From contig NW_021834919.1 of the NCBI RefSeq assembly GCF_006345805.1, forward strand, positions 1 to 44,581: 44,581 nt of DNA, given 5' to 3'. Shown here in pieces: positions 10,980-22,591 of the stretch. Each line of letters starts with the position of its first letter. Within the stretch, counting starts at the first letter, position 1. A program made the position numbers and the translations under genes. The notes below the pieces were generated by a model. That model saw only the letters and a list, made by a program, of their open reading frames with translations. It ran no database searches and had not been told where the DNA came from. The stretch is from Octopus sinensis. Taxonomy: Eukaryota.

Positions 10980-12420
10980 ATCCCTTTCAGTCTACCTTCC
11001 TTCTCTCCTTCCCTCCATCCCTTTCAATCTTCCGTCCCTCCGTCCCTCCGTCCCTTTCATTCTTTCTTCCTTCCCTCCGTTCCTTTTATTCTTTCTTTCT
11101 TCTCTCCATCCTTTCAGTCTTCTTTCCTTCCCTCCATCCATTTCAATCTTCTTTCCTTCCCTCCATCCATTTCATTCTTCCTTCCCTTCATACCTTCCAG
11201 TCTCCCTTCCTTCCCTCCTCCCATTCAGTCTTCCTTCTTTCCTTCCATCCCTTTCAGTCTTCCTTCTTTCCTTCCATCCCTTTCAATCTTCTTTCCTTCC
11301 CTCCATCCATTTCATTCTTCCTTCCTTCCATCCCTTTCAGTCTCCCTTCCTTCCCTCCTCCCATTCAGTCTTCCTTCTTTCCTTCCATCCCTTTCAGTCT
11401 CCCTTCCTTCCCTCCTCCCATTCAGTCTTCCTTCTTTCCTTCCATCCCTTTCAGTCTTCCTTCTTTCCTTCCATCCCTTTCAGTCTTCCTTCTTTCCTTC
11501 CATCCCTTTCAGTCTTCCTTCTTTCCTTCCATCCCTTTCAGTCTTCCTTCTTTCCTTCCATCCCTTTCAGTCTTCTTTCCTTCCCTTCTTCCATTTCAGT
11601 ATTCCTTCCTTCCCTCCGTCCCTTTTAATCTTCCTTCCTTCCCTCCGTCCCTTTCATTCTTTCTTCCTTCACTCCATCCCTTTCAGTCTTCTTTCCTTCC
11701 CTCCTTCCATTTCAATCTTCTTTCCTTCCCTCCGTCCCTTTCATTCTTTCTTCCTTCCCCCCGTCCCTTTCATTCTTTCTTCCTTCCCTCCATCCCTTTC
11801 AGTCTCCCTTCCTCCCTCCATCCCTTTCAGCCTTCCTTCCCTCCGTCCCTTTCATTCTTTCTTCCTTCCCTCTATCCCATTCAGTCTTCCTTCCTTCCCT
11901 CTAACCATTTCAGTCTTCCTTCCTTCCCTCGATCCCATTCAGTCTTCCTTCCTTCCCTCTAACCATTTCAGTCTTCCTTCCTTCCTCCGTCCCTTTCATT
12001 CTTCTTTCCTTCCCTCCATCCCTTTCATTCTTTCTTCCTTCCCTCCATCCATTTCAATCTTCTTTCCTTCCCTCCGTCCCTTTCATTCTTTCTTCCTTCC
12101 CCCCGTCCCTTTCATTCTTTCTTCCTTCCCTCCATCCCTTTCAGTCTCCCTTCCTCCCTCCATCCCTTTCAGCCTTCCTTCCCTCCGTCCCTTTCATTCT
12201 TTCTTCCTTCCCTCTATCCCATTCAGTCTTCCTTCCTTCCCTCTAACCATTTCAGTCTTCCTTCCTTCCCTCGATCCCATTCAGTCTTCCTTCCTTCCCT
12301 CTAACCATTTCAGTCTTCCTTCCTTCCCTCCATCCCTTTCAGTCTTCCTTCCTTCCCTCCCTCCATTTCCTTCTTCCTTCCTTTCCTCAATTCCTTTCTT
12401 CTCTATCTCCATCACTGTTT
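10980..12420. repeat. Polypyrimidine minisatellite (~20-27 bp units, CCTTCCTTCCCTCCATCCCTTTCAGTCTT-like) with a 342-bp higher-order duplication
   Basis: Landmark ATTTCAATCT at 11709 and 12051; GATCCCATTC at 11931 and 12273. The 510-aa S/P/F/L ORF is a by-product. Confidence 0.95.
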
Positions 12421-12679
12421 CCTATCTTTTGCTCTCTTTTATCTAAATCTCACTCTGCTGCCTCACACATAAACACACGCGCACGCATATGCTCTTACAT
12501 ATTCACATACCTACGAACTCATACACACACATACCACACATACACAAACACACATACACACATTTGTTCTGTCTCTGTTTTCCTTCCCAGAGTCTCACGC
12601 TCTCTTCTCCCTTGCTCCCATACCTCCCTAAACTCCTGCTTTAACTTGGTCTGTCCATCTTCCTCTCTCACCACATTTC

Positions 12680-12732
<53 letters not shown>

Positions 12733-12804
12733 TCTGTGTACGCACACACTCATACATATATGACACCCGTCAAGGGAACCTCTATGTGGCCGTTCGACAT
12801 GTTA

Positions 12805-12935
12805 GTAATAGCAGCTAAATCGCTTTCATAAGCATTAGCTTATGCGGTTCTCAGTTCTTCGCACATAAAATATCGATGGGATGGTCACTGATAGAACTGA
12901 CCTATCACGGATGACCTGGTGTTTTAAAACAACAA
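12805..12935 (+). mobile_element. Decayed SINE-like repeat, family F
   Basis: GTTAGTAATAGCAGCTAAATC...GGGATGGTCAC...TGACCTGGTG...AAACAACAAC; related to 29893-30075 on the opposite strand. Confidence 0.5.
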
Positions 12936-13499
12936 CGATGCTAGCACGCACACACATAGACACAGACACACACACTCATACACACACACACAGACAAACA
13001 CTCACACACACAGTCATACAAACACATCCGCCCCAGAACGAGCTCTTTCCACACATACATTCACACATATACACACATACGCGCGTACAAACCAGCTGAC
13101 AACGCGACGTTGCTTTACCACCGCCTCCTCCTCCTCCTTACACCACTAAAACACACTTGACACACGACGTCCGTACTTTCACGGTTCACTGATTTAGCCT
13201 ATGTCTTATGCTAGTATGTCTTCTACGTACCATCTCTCTATGGCCCCTGTACATAAACGATATTGCATGACACAACGCATACATACACAACAAACACACC
13301 AGACATACATTTATGTACACGTATCATATATACCGCAACATACTTAATGCGTACATCAGAATAAGTACAAAGACGTATTCACCATGTTAACACAATCACA
13401 GACAAGCACATAACTACACGTTTCCCCCCCCCACAAAAAAAAACTCAGCTCACTCGAATATGTGGTCGTACCCGCTCTCAAAACATTTTAATACCCTGC

Positions 13500-13503
13500 C
13501 CTT

Positions 13504-13539
<36 letters not shown>

Positions 13540-13617
13540 ACTAACTAACTATCTATCTATCTATCTAACTATCTATCTATTTATCTATCTATTTATCTAT
13601 CTATCTATCTGCCTGTC

Positions 13618-13648
<31 letters not shown>

Positions 13649-13705
13649 CTATCTAACTATCTATCTATCTGCCTGTCTGTCTGTCTTTCTATCTGTCTGT
13701 CTGTG
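13500..13705. repeat. (TCTA)n/(TCTG)n microsatellite
   Basis: Direct tandem units. Confidence 0.95.
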
Positions 13706-13726
13706 AAATCCACGGAGTAGAACATA

Positions 13727-14690
13727 TTAGGTTGGCAACTAAGTTCCCACCGTTTTTTGAATTTAATTTTTTTAAAAGGTTTCGTAAAAAATAACTAATT
13801 AATCAATAATGTATTCATCCTTGTTGTTTACAACTTCTTCCCAGCGTTCAACAAGATTTTCAATACCTCGTTGGTAGAAATCACCTGATTTCGACTCGAA
13901 AAATTGATCCTACCAATCCCTCAATTTTGCATCAGTATTGAACGAAACACCACGCATAGCATTTCAAAGAGATCGAAAGAGGTGGAAATTCTGTTGGTGC
14001 CAACTCAGGAGAGTACGGCAGGTGTAGCAGCACTTCCCAGTCATGCGTTTGAATGGCTTCCTTGGCCATATTGGCGATATGAGGGCGTGCGGAGGCGCAA
14101 GGGCCCAGTGGTTAGGGCAGCGGACTCGCGGTCGTAGGATCGCGGTTTCGATTCCCAGACCGGGCGTTGTGAGTGTTTATTGAGCGAAAACACCTAAAGC
14201 TCCACGAGGCTCCGGCAGGGATGGTGGTGATCCCTGCTGTACTCTTTCACCATAACTTTCTCTCACTCTTACTTCCTCTTTCTGTTGCACCTGTATTTCA
14301 AAGGGCCGGCTTTGTCACTCTCTGTGTCACGCTGAATATCCCCGAGAACTACGTTAAGGGTACACGTGTCTGTGGAGTGCTCAGCCACTTACACGTTAAT
14401 TTCACGAGAAGGCTGTTCCGTTGATCGGATCAACCGGAACCCTCGTCGTCGTAACCGACGGAGTGCTTCCATCCATGAGGGTGTGCGTTGTCGTGCAGCA
14501 AAAGAATTCCATGCTGCCGATTAGCTCTTTTCTCTTAAATAGCCGTGTTGAGTCGTTCTATCTGTTACACATAGAGTTCCGTGTTGACCGTTTGGTTCCG
14601 TTCAAGCAACTCGTAATGGATAATCTCTTCTCACTCCCACCATACGCACAGCATCGTCTTACGCGGATGAAGATCTTGTTTCACGCGCAC
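13727..14690 (-). mobile_element. DD34D mariner, 3' half with TIR, interrupted by a SINE
   Basis: TA-TTAGGTTGGCAACTAAGTTCCCACCGTTTT TIR; KQDLHPRKTMLCVWW...LLHDNA|RPH...PYSPELAPT(D)FHLFRS...GIENLVERWEEVVNNKDEYIID; 34 residues between the second and third catalytic D after correcting a 1-nt insertion. Confidence 0.93.
14091..14474 (+). mobile_element. tRNA-derived SINE, family D, full length
   Basis: GGCCCAGTGG A-box, GGTTTCGATTCC B-box; 12-bp TSD ATGAGGG(C/T)GTGC at 14079-14090 and 14475-14486; closely similar to 32765-33150. Confidence 0.95.
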
Positions 14691-14871
14691 AATATCTCGG
14701 ATGCAGTTGTGCGTCATTAACCTGCTAGAGGAGATGTCCCCTTGGGGTTAAAAAATCGCAGTAAAGTCCGTCCGAACATACAACCATGTTGAAGTGACTA
14801 CGAATATTACTTGTTAGTAAAACTACTCTGTTGATCTCTTAGAGGGATTTTAGAACTAGCATTTTTGTTTT

Positions 14872-15258
14872 ATTCTTTTATTCTTTTACGTGTTTGAATC
14901 ATTTGACTGCGCCCTTGCTGGAGCATCGCCTTTAGTCGAACAATTCGACCCGAGACTTCTTTGTAAACCTAGTACATATACTATCGGTGCTTTTGCCGAA
15001 CCGATAAGTTACGGTGACTTAAACACACCAACATTGGTTGAGCGATGGGGGGAGGGACAAACGCAGACACACAAATACATATATATAATATATATATATA
15101 TATATATACGACGGGCTTCTTTCAGTTTCCGTCTACCAAATCCACTCACAAGGCTTTGGTCGGCTCGAGGATATAGTAGAAGACACTTGCCAAGGTGTCA
15201 TGCAGTGGGACTGAACCCGGAACCATGTGGTTGGGAAGCAAGATTCTTACCATACACA
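14872..15258 (-). mobile_element. SINE family A, near full length
   Basis: Reverse complement of head, internal microsatellite and GGCG(A)TGCTCCAGC...CAAATGA tail. Confidence 0.9.
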
Positions 15259-15304
15259 GAGAGGGAGAGGGAGTGATATACGTGTGTTTATGTATTTATG
15301 CACG

Positions 15305-15351
<47 letters not shown>

Positions 15352-15589
15352 CAAATAATAAAATGGAGAAACAATTTAGTTGGTTCATCAGCTTTAGGAT
15401 AATGGAATGTTGACTTATTTATATATTTAACAAAAACGAGAACCTTAGTAACATACATATATACATTATAATTCAATACATATAAGATAAGAATACAATT
15501 ATACAAATCTTACATGCACACACTCACACACAGAGGCGCACATATTTGTGTGTGTGTGTATGCATACAGAGAGAGAGAAATGGATGGAT

Positions 15590-15594
15590 GGATG

Positions 15595-15648
<54 letters not shown>

Positions 15649-15650
15649 CA
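15590..15650. repeat. (GGAT)n(GATA)n microsatellite
   Basis: Direct tandem units. Confidence 0.95.
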
Positions 15651-16199
15651 TATATAGCTGATATTCAATTTTGTATATTTCTCACTTCCAAGTTATTAAT
15701 TTCGCTTCCATAATGACAGTTGTCATATAATATGAAACAATCTTAGTCTATCCGTTTTATATTCAGGGTGGCACTTTTTAATATAAATGCATGTCAAAAA
15801 CATGCGCTGACAACCTTCTTTGATAGCAATCAGCTTCGGTTGGCATTGAACCAACTTCCGGTACGTTTTAAAAGACTTTATCACTTTAATTGTCCATAGA
15901 TATTAAAGGTCTGATTGAGCCCTGAATCGGTTATAGCATCATACTAGAAAAAATGGGAAGTTAGATAGATTGAGAGATATAGAGAATGGAATAGAAGAAG
16001 TGACTGAGTGAAAGAGAGAGAGAGAGAGATACAGACAGACAGACAGAGAGAGGGTGGGTGAAGGAGAGGCATATTAACAGAGTACAGAGAGAGGGAGAGA
16101 TGGATAGAGAAGCATATAGAGATTAAGTGATGTGGAGTGACCGAGAGGAATTATGTGCATGTAGCTGTCGAAGGTAAAATAGTGGGAATAAATGTCTGA

Positions 16200-16231
<32 letters not shown>

Positions 16232-16288
16232 TATATATGTGTGTGTGTATGTATGTATATGTATGTGTATATAAACGCAGATCTACGG

Positions 16289-16365
<77 letters not shown>

Positions 16366-16439
16366 ATGCATAAATATAAGAGGGAACTCACTATGTGGAA
16401 ACCCTTATGCTAGAAAAAGATCCGCTATGGTCTCAACAC

Positions 16440-16715
16440 TAAGAATTGTTCTCCGAAGAACCTAAGAGACCTGCATGGGGTGGATGCAGATGTCTTTAAA
16501 ATGAAACTGGATCTCTTCTTGTCAGGTGTCCCAGATGAACCAACTTCACGGCAGGAGGTACAGATGAGGGCAGCTGCATTGAACTCTCTCATGCACCAGA
16601 TGGCATTTGCTAAAAAGCATTCGTGAAGGAAAATCATGTAGCAACACCAAATGGCGGTGCCCCAGCATGGCCACAGCTTGTGAGCTGAAACTAAATAAAA
16701 TAAAAATAAAATAAA
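16440..16715 (+). mobile_element. 3' end of a CR1/L2-group-like LINE (ORF2 C-terminus, 3'UTR, (TAAAA)n tail)
   Basis: PKNLRDLHGVDADVFKMKLDLFLSGVPDEP...RAAALNSLMHQMAFAKKHS* (TGA 16624-16626), then GGCGGTGCCCCAGCATGGCCACAG...CTGAAAC(TAAAA)n. Clade assignment is tentative. Confidence 0.75.
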
Positions 16716-16889
16716 AATACATATATATATTTTAACATACGTATATATATATAACCCCCACCTTCCCTATCCATCCCATCCCACCCCACCTCATCCCTTA
16801 CACCATTCCCAGATACTCCTCCTCCTCCCAACATCATCACACCACTCCACATAACACTACACCATGACAGATCGCTAACGACTACACAT

Positions 16890-17045
16890 TCTCTGTTTTC
16901 TCTCGTTTCTTTCTGTGTTCCTTTCTGTGTAAGAGCGTAGGCTCGAAACGTTAAAGACTTTTTCACTTGTCGAGCGTTAAACTAATACATCTGTTCGTTG
17001 TCTACACCACCTGCCTTCGTCTTTTGTTTTTTTGTAAACTCTCCC
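16890..17045 (+). mobile_element. Short PLE-terminal-like module with hammerhead-like hairpin
   Basis: CTTT-CTGTGTAA-GAGC-GTAG-GCTC-GAAAC-GTTA-AAG at 16921-16957: stem II and GAAAC intact, CUGANGA corrupted. Confidence 0.5.
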
Positions 17046-17081
17046 GATATGCATATATATATATATATGTATATATATATA

Positions 17082-17373
17082 TTGAGGTTATGAGAGGTAA
17101 TGGTGTCAAGAATACCCAAAGGTATCAGGCAATGCTGATTAAGTGCTATGGACGGACTATAGTTAAACTCCAGATTCGGTGATTATGCGAATGAGAAGTC
17201 CAACGTAGGCCATATATCAGCATATGTATGTATTAAAAAAATTAACAGAATGAGATAAAAATCCAAGGCTGTGAAAGATTTCAGAACGTTTATAAATAGT
17301 CTTACAGCTGTTTTCGTGATATTTTATATATCCCTTCAGCGGAGACGGTGTGAGAATATGGTTAAGCAATAGT

Positions 17374-17378
<5 letters not shown>
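17082..17378 (-). mobile_element. ~300-bp module between microsatellites with a degenerate hammerhead
   Basis: Minus strand 17299-17346: GTCT(CCG)-CTGAAG-GGATAT...ATATCAC-GAAAAC-AGCT-GTA-AGAC. Confidence 0.55.
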
Positions 17379-17429
<51 letters not shown>

Positions 17430-17803
17430 TATATATATATATATATATTATATATATATATATATATACATACATACATGCATACATACATCCATCCATC
17501 CATCAATCAATACATACATACATACATACATACATACATACATACATACATACAGTGCTCGTTTAAAGATAGATTATTCAATTCTTCGAGCTTCAAATGC
17601 TTTACATCTGTTGTTGATCACTTTTTTTTCGAACCGATCATCTTGCGTCAACTGCTTCCAGTCTTCAACTTTCACATTAAATTGATATTAATCAAATTAA
17701 TATCATTTTACCCTTATTACTTAAATATATATATATATATAATATATATATATACATACATACATAAAACTTAGTTGCAAAAGGATGCGTGATATATATA
17801 TAT

Positions 17804-17850
<47 letters not shown>

Positions 17851-17892
17851 TAAGATAATATACGTACGTTTATTTAATTATTTTATTTTATC

Positions 17893-17968
17893 TTGGACCT
17901 GATGAGTGACTATATTTAAATTGAATTGATCAGTTTTAAAATATAGCGACGAAACACGTGTAGTCTAA
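17893..17968 (+). ncRNA. Type I hammerhead ribozyme motif (PLE-associated minimal type)
   Basis: Stem I TTGGAC/GTCTAA; core CTGATGA 17899-17905; long stem II GTGACTATATTT.../...AAATATAGCGAC; GAAA 17951-17954; stem III AC-ACGT-GT with palindromic loop; GUA cleavage triplet 17960-17962. Confidence 0.8.
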
Positions 17969-18125
17969 TTACTAATTATATACTATTTATTATTTTGTAT
18001 TTTATTTAGTTTTAGGTAAATGTTTTAGCGTATATTTAATTTTTTTCTATATGGTATGATTTAATTATATCATTGTTGAATTGCTACATGGTGGTTCTTC
18101 TCTAATTTATAAACATATATATATA

Positions 18126-18286
18126 CGTGCTTTTTTCAGTTTCTGTTTAGAAAACTCAATTACAAGGCTTTGGCCGGTCCGAGACTATAGTAGAAGACAG
18201 TTGCTTAAGGAACCACACATTGTAACTGAACCCAGGAAATACGTGACTGGCAAGCAAACTTCTTGTCACACAACTACACCTGCGTC
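18126..18286 (-). mobile_element. SINE family A, 5' half, diverged
   Basis: TTTCAGTTTCTG...CAAGGCTTTGGCCGGTCCGAGACTATAGTAGAAGAC...ACACCTGCG. Confidence 0.8.
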
Positions 18287-18490
18287 TAATTACGTTGAGC
18301 GTTAACGAAGGATAGCTAAAATTCTAGTAATCTGGAGACAACGTTACGGTTTACATTCCACTTAGAAACTAATACCACTTGTATCCTCAAGTAAAGTATT
18401 ACTTGGGAAAGGTATGAACAACAAGACCAACTGAATTTTCTTGACCCAAATAACTAGTCTGTTACACTTCGATATTGTATACCTAACTAA

Positions 18491-18829
18491 GGGGCGTGGC
18501 TCAGTGGTTAGAGCGTCGAGCTTACGATCGTGAGGTTGTGAGCTCGAATCCCAGACCGGGCTGCGTGTTGTGTTCTTGAGCAAGACACTTTATTTCACGT
18601 TGCTCCAGTTCACTCAGCTGTAGAAATGAGTTGCGACGTCACAGGTGCCAAGCTGTATCAGCCCATTTGCCTTTCCCTTGGATAACATCGGTGACGTGGA
18701 GAGGGGAGGCCGGTATGCATGGGCGACTGCTGGTCTTCCATAAAAAAACAACCTTGCCCAGACTTGTGCCTCAGAGGGTAACTCTCTAGGTGCAAACCCA
18801 TGGTCAGTGTCTGACCGAAGGGGGTCACC
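18491..18829 (+). mobile_element. tRNA-derived SINE, family C, full length
   Basis: TGGCTCAGTGGTTAGAGCG head, CACTCAGCTGTAGAAATGAG core; perfect 10-bp TSD ACCTAACTAA at 18481-18490 and 18830-18839. Confidence 0.93.
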
Positions 18830-19321
18830 ACCTAACTAAAACAACGTTTTCTTTGAACAACTCGTGGTAACTGGGGGTGACTGGTACAAAAAAAATTTGC
18901 AAAACGACATAAAGAACTAAAAATATAGGGTGAAAGACAATAACACCAAAGACACCAATATATAAGCCAAACAAACGACAGACATGTTTCAGACAGATAC
19001 AACAACAAAGAAAGCAATAAACAACAGCAAGGACAACGACAACAACAACAACAGCAACAACTGCAACAGACAAAAAACGGCAATAACCACGCCCTTCACA
19101 GACGCACGTTGATATCTTTTGATATCGTGATGTAGATGAAGGGCAGAGAAAGGGCGGAGAAAGCCGATTATTTACATATAATATATTTGGAAATATTTTT
19201 AGGTCTCCTAGAAAAAGGAGATGGATGATGATGACGACGGTGACGACGAATACTATGATGATCCGATAATGATGATGATATTATGGTGACCTTGTTTTTC
19301 TATTTTTAACTTCATATACAT

Positions 19322-19374
<53 letters not shown>

Positions 19375-19382
19375 ATATATAT

Positions 19383-19415
<33 letters not shown>

Positions 19416-20099
19416 TGAGTCTATAAAAAAATTTATAAGGCTGGGTATTTGCTGTCGCGTGTATAAATTATGCAAAAGTTTCGGGATATATAATTTATTT
19501 GAAAAGTAGAGAAAGGCGATATTTTATTTAAGAGGTACACGAATTTTAAGAACGGGGCGCCACTGTCTACGTTGAACTATGTCATTTAAAGAAAGTGAAC
19601 GAAATGAACATGTGTCGTCTGAAGGGTCGCCCTTGTAAGAAATACAAACTGACGTTTCGATGTGGTATATTGTAAGGAAATTGAGACTGTTGAAGTATCT
19701 TTGAATATTTGTTCTTTCCATTGGGGTTTGGCTAAGACGGTTGACAATTTTCATTGGCAAAGAAATCATATTATGGTAAAGAGAAATCCTTGTTTCGTAG
19801 TCTCTATTTGACGCTAAATATTGCTAAGTTAGAATTTGGGTATTATTAACATAACTAACGACCTTTTGCTGTACCCAGTTTGGTGTAGATCGAAAACGAA
19901 GCGGTTGGTTAATATTCAGAATCTCATTTAGTCATGTTAGGGAATCTAGCAAAAACGTTTAAGGAAGTTTGCTTCTGATAGGACTCTATGGAAGAGGTGC
20001 CTGAGGTTTCTATTTCCACGACCCTCCCAAGAATGATTGGCGGATAAAATGTATGGATGTATGGAGTTCTTTCGTTGTGTCTTTGCCATTCCGGTTATA

Positions 20100-20931
20100 G
20101 CCATGCTCGAGCATTATCTTGACTTGAGGACCACTTCATTCATAAAATAAGTGGTGTTTCAGCTGAACAGCGTGTTGCTTATGTTTTCTCCCATATAGTA
20201 TATACACCATAAAAGGAAACGCCACCGCAAGACCTTATGGTTCGCTCCCTACTTCTCCCTAAACGACCGGACATGCGTAGGTAAGATTTTTCCTAGGCTG
20301 GTTGATAATCATTTCACGCGATCACACAAGTATAGAAAGATCTTTAATAGACATAATTTAAGGATCTCTTTCATTTGTGCACCCAATGTTAAGAAAATAT
20401 TACATAGCACTCCTAAACCACTGACAGAGGCAGGTTGTTCATGCAGGATTAGAAATAAAAGCCCAGTGGACGGCCGATGTAACACCGATGCTACAGTGTA
20501 TCAAGCAAAGGTAGCCTCAAACAGAAGCAGCACAAATATCAGTAACATCAATGCCAACACAGGGACACACACTAAAATTTATGTCGGATTTTGTGAATCC
20601 AAATTTAAAATTCGCCTGAACAACCACAGATATTCAACACAACGACACTCGCAGCATACGTATGGCGCCTAAAGGACGATCATACGCCCTTTAGCATCAG
20701 ATGGAAATTATTAGAAATTTGTGGACCCTATCGCAATGGAACAAGACTATGTAAATTGTATATGGCAGAAAAATATATAATCTTTACGAACTCTAATGAG
20801 CCAGGAGGCTACCAGAACACCAGTACGGACGCCGTGGGGCTCGGGTATTATCTTGACTTGCAGACCACTTCATACATAAAACAAGTGGTGTTTCAGCTGA
20901 ACAGCATGTTGCTTATGTTTTCTCTTATATA
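20100..20931 (+). mobile_element. Penelope-like element 3' fragment (linker and GIY-YIG) between 85-bp direct repeats (pseudo-LTR-like)
   Basis: RKTLWFAPYFS, HKYRKIFNRHNLRISF, GCSCR...PVDGRC...VYQAKV...IYVGFCESKFKIRLNNH, WKLLE...CKLYMAEKYII; repeats at 20113-20197 and 20847-20931. Confidence 0.88.
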
Positions 20932-21165
20932 TCAATGTTGGTGAGCTCTATGAGAACATGAGGCATGACATCCCGAGAAAAATTATTTTGAAATAATTAT
21001 ACGTATAAAAACTGAACGAAACTGGAGGAATGTAAGTAAAGAAGAAATTGCATCTGGGGGAGAGATGGCCAATAACTTGAACTGAGGAGTCGGTTAATGA
21101 TCCAAGTAGACTCTCTCATTAAATAAATAAATACAAATAAAACCCCGTTGACCTACTACCAAGAT

Positions 21166-21400
21166 CAGAGGTCCCCAACTTAGGGGTTCATATAAGATTT
21201 TGATGTCAATGCTTATGTACAATAAATTGGTTATAATTCTACAATGCACAAAATGTTTTCATTTTTTAAAAAAAGAATTCCTAATAATACTTAACTACGA
21301 AAAAATGATAGTTTTCGAACATCGAATGGATATGAGAGTTTGTCCAAATGAAATATAAATCAAAGGGATCCATAGGGGAAAAAATGGTTGAGAACCACTG
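21166..21400. mobile_element. hAT (Charlie-like) MITE, 235 bp
   Basis: TIRs CAGAGGTCCCCAAC / GTTGAGAACCACTG; 8-bp flanks ACCAAGAT and ACCTTGAT (6/8 identical). Confidence 0.8.
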
Positions 21401-22591
21401 ACCTTGATAATGTCCGGTCATCGACATCTCTCCCATTTTTTCTTACATTTCTCAATTTTCTTCACAACCTTCTTACATACGTATCATTTCTTCGAAGACG
21501 GAACCTTGCTGCAAAAAAATTATTACAGCATACCAAGTTAAGTAAGGATAGATGAAGAAAGACATATATATCATTAATAATTGCTTTAACCAAGTTTTCT
21601 ACTTTGTTGTTCATCGTATTCTGTGACCTATACTCTAACTGTTTTAGCAATAAGCATCCCTAATTTATTCAAGAAACCCTGTCCAAACCGAAACATCAGT
21701 ACTCACCTTACCTCACGAGATTATTGTAAGAATTCTATCAAAAGCATTTTGCTAAAGTTAACCACCACATTATTATTAATTTTTATCAAGATTATTATGT
21801 TTATTCCTCACATTTATTAGTTCAGAGAGTTTGTGGTCTTCGTTATATCTATAATCTCATGTTGTATTATATGCTTACTGATTATAATACAGCGAATATA
21901 AATTTACAGGATTCAGCAGCAGGATTGTGCCAACTATAATATTTATGATTTGTTATATAGGTACAAGGTCACACGTTTATTGTAAGTGGGTAGTTGCTGC
22001 CGTCTATTATGTATCAAGCAAACAAGAACTTAATAACGTACCATAAAATAATCATACACATCTACTCTAATAAAGGGCAGAAGAATTTGGGATTACAGGA
22101 AAAGCAGTATCTGATCGGAACTTTTTTCTGGGCGTCAGGAGAATGAATGGCAACGTTGACACAGGTGGGGTATGAACTCAGAGCTTAGACGTGCGCAGTT
22201 GAATATCTTAAGGTATGTTACCTATTACTGTACAAGTTCTGACATCTACCACTCTAGTAATAAGGATGCAGTTAGGATCATGATCAGAAGCTACTAGTTT
22301 CAATTCCTGAACAGAGCGGTGTAATGCGTCCTTGAGCAAGGCACTTCATTTAACGTTGCACGGTGGTTCTACTCAACTCAACTGTAATGAGTACCAGCTG
22401 GGTGCTAGTGAATGCCCCCTCCTTCCAGTTGTGACAGCTAGGTTGTTGTGCTAGGCCAACGGTGAGAAAACTGAGAAGGTAACAATGTCCACTCACGAAT
22501 TCATAGAATCCGAAGCTTTTTCAGATTACTAATTTCTTTGAACCAGGGGAGGTCACACTGGGCAAACCACTCTTTATTAATCAACTATTAA

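Noticed and set aside
10914-12446. 510-aa ORF, the longest in the window
   Set aside because: S/P/F/L low-complexity read-through of a C/T-rich repeat, where stop codons are compositionally rare; no domain or splice evidence.
14091-14170. tRNA-like sequences at SINE heads (also 8005, 18495, 25495, 38075, 41060)
   Set aside because: A and B boxes are present but there is no closed acceptor stem, and they continue into SINE bodies with TSDs; not tRNA genes.
15762-15927. Possible MITE with ATTCAGGG/CCCTGAAT ends
   Set aside because: Only 8 bp of inverted identity, no TSD and no second copy.
20113-20175. Hammerhead in the 85-bp PLE direct repeat
   Set aside because: CT(T)GAGGA and a hairpin are present, but GTTTC follows instead of GAAAC and the second copy lacks the core.
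21410-21640. Possible RTE C-terminal remnant on the minus strand
   Set aside because: Only faint RLR...VVKKI similarity across frameshifts.
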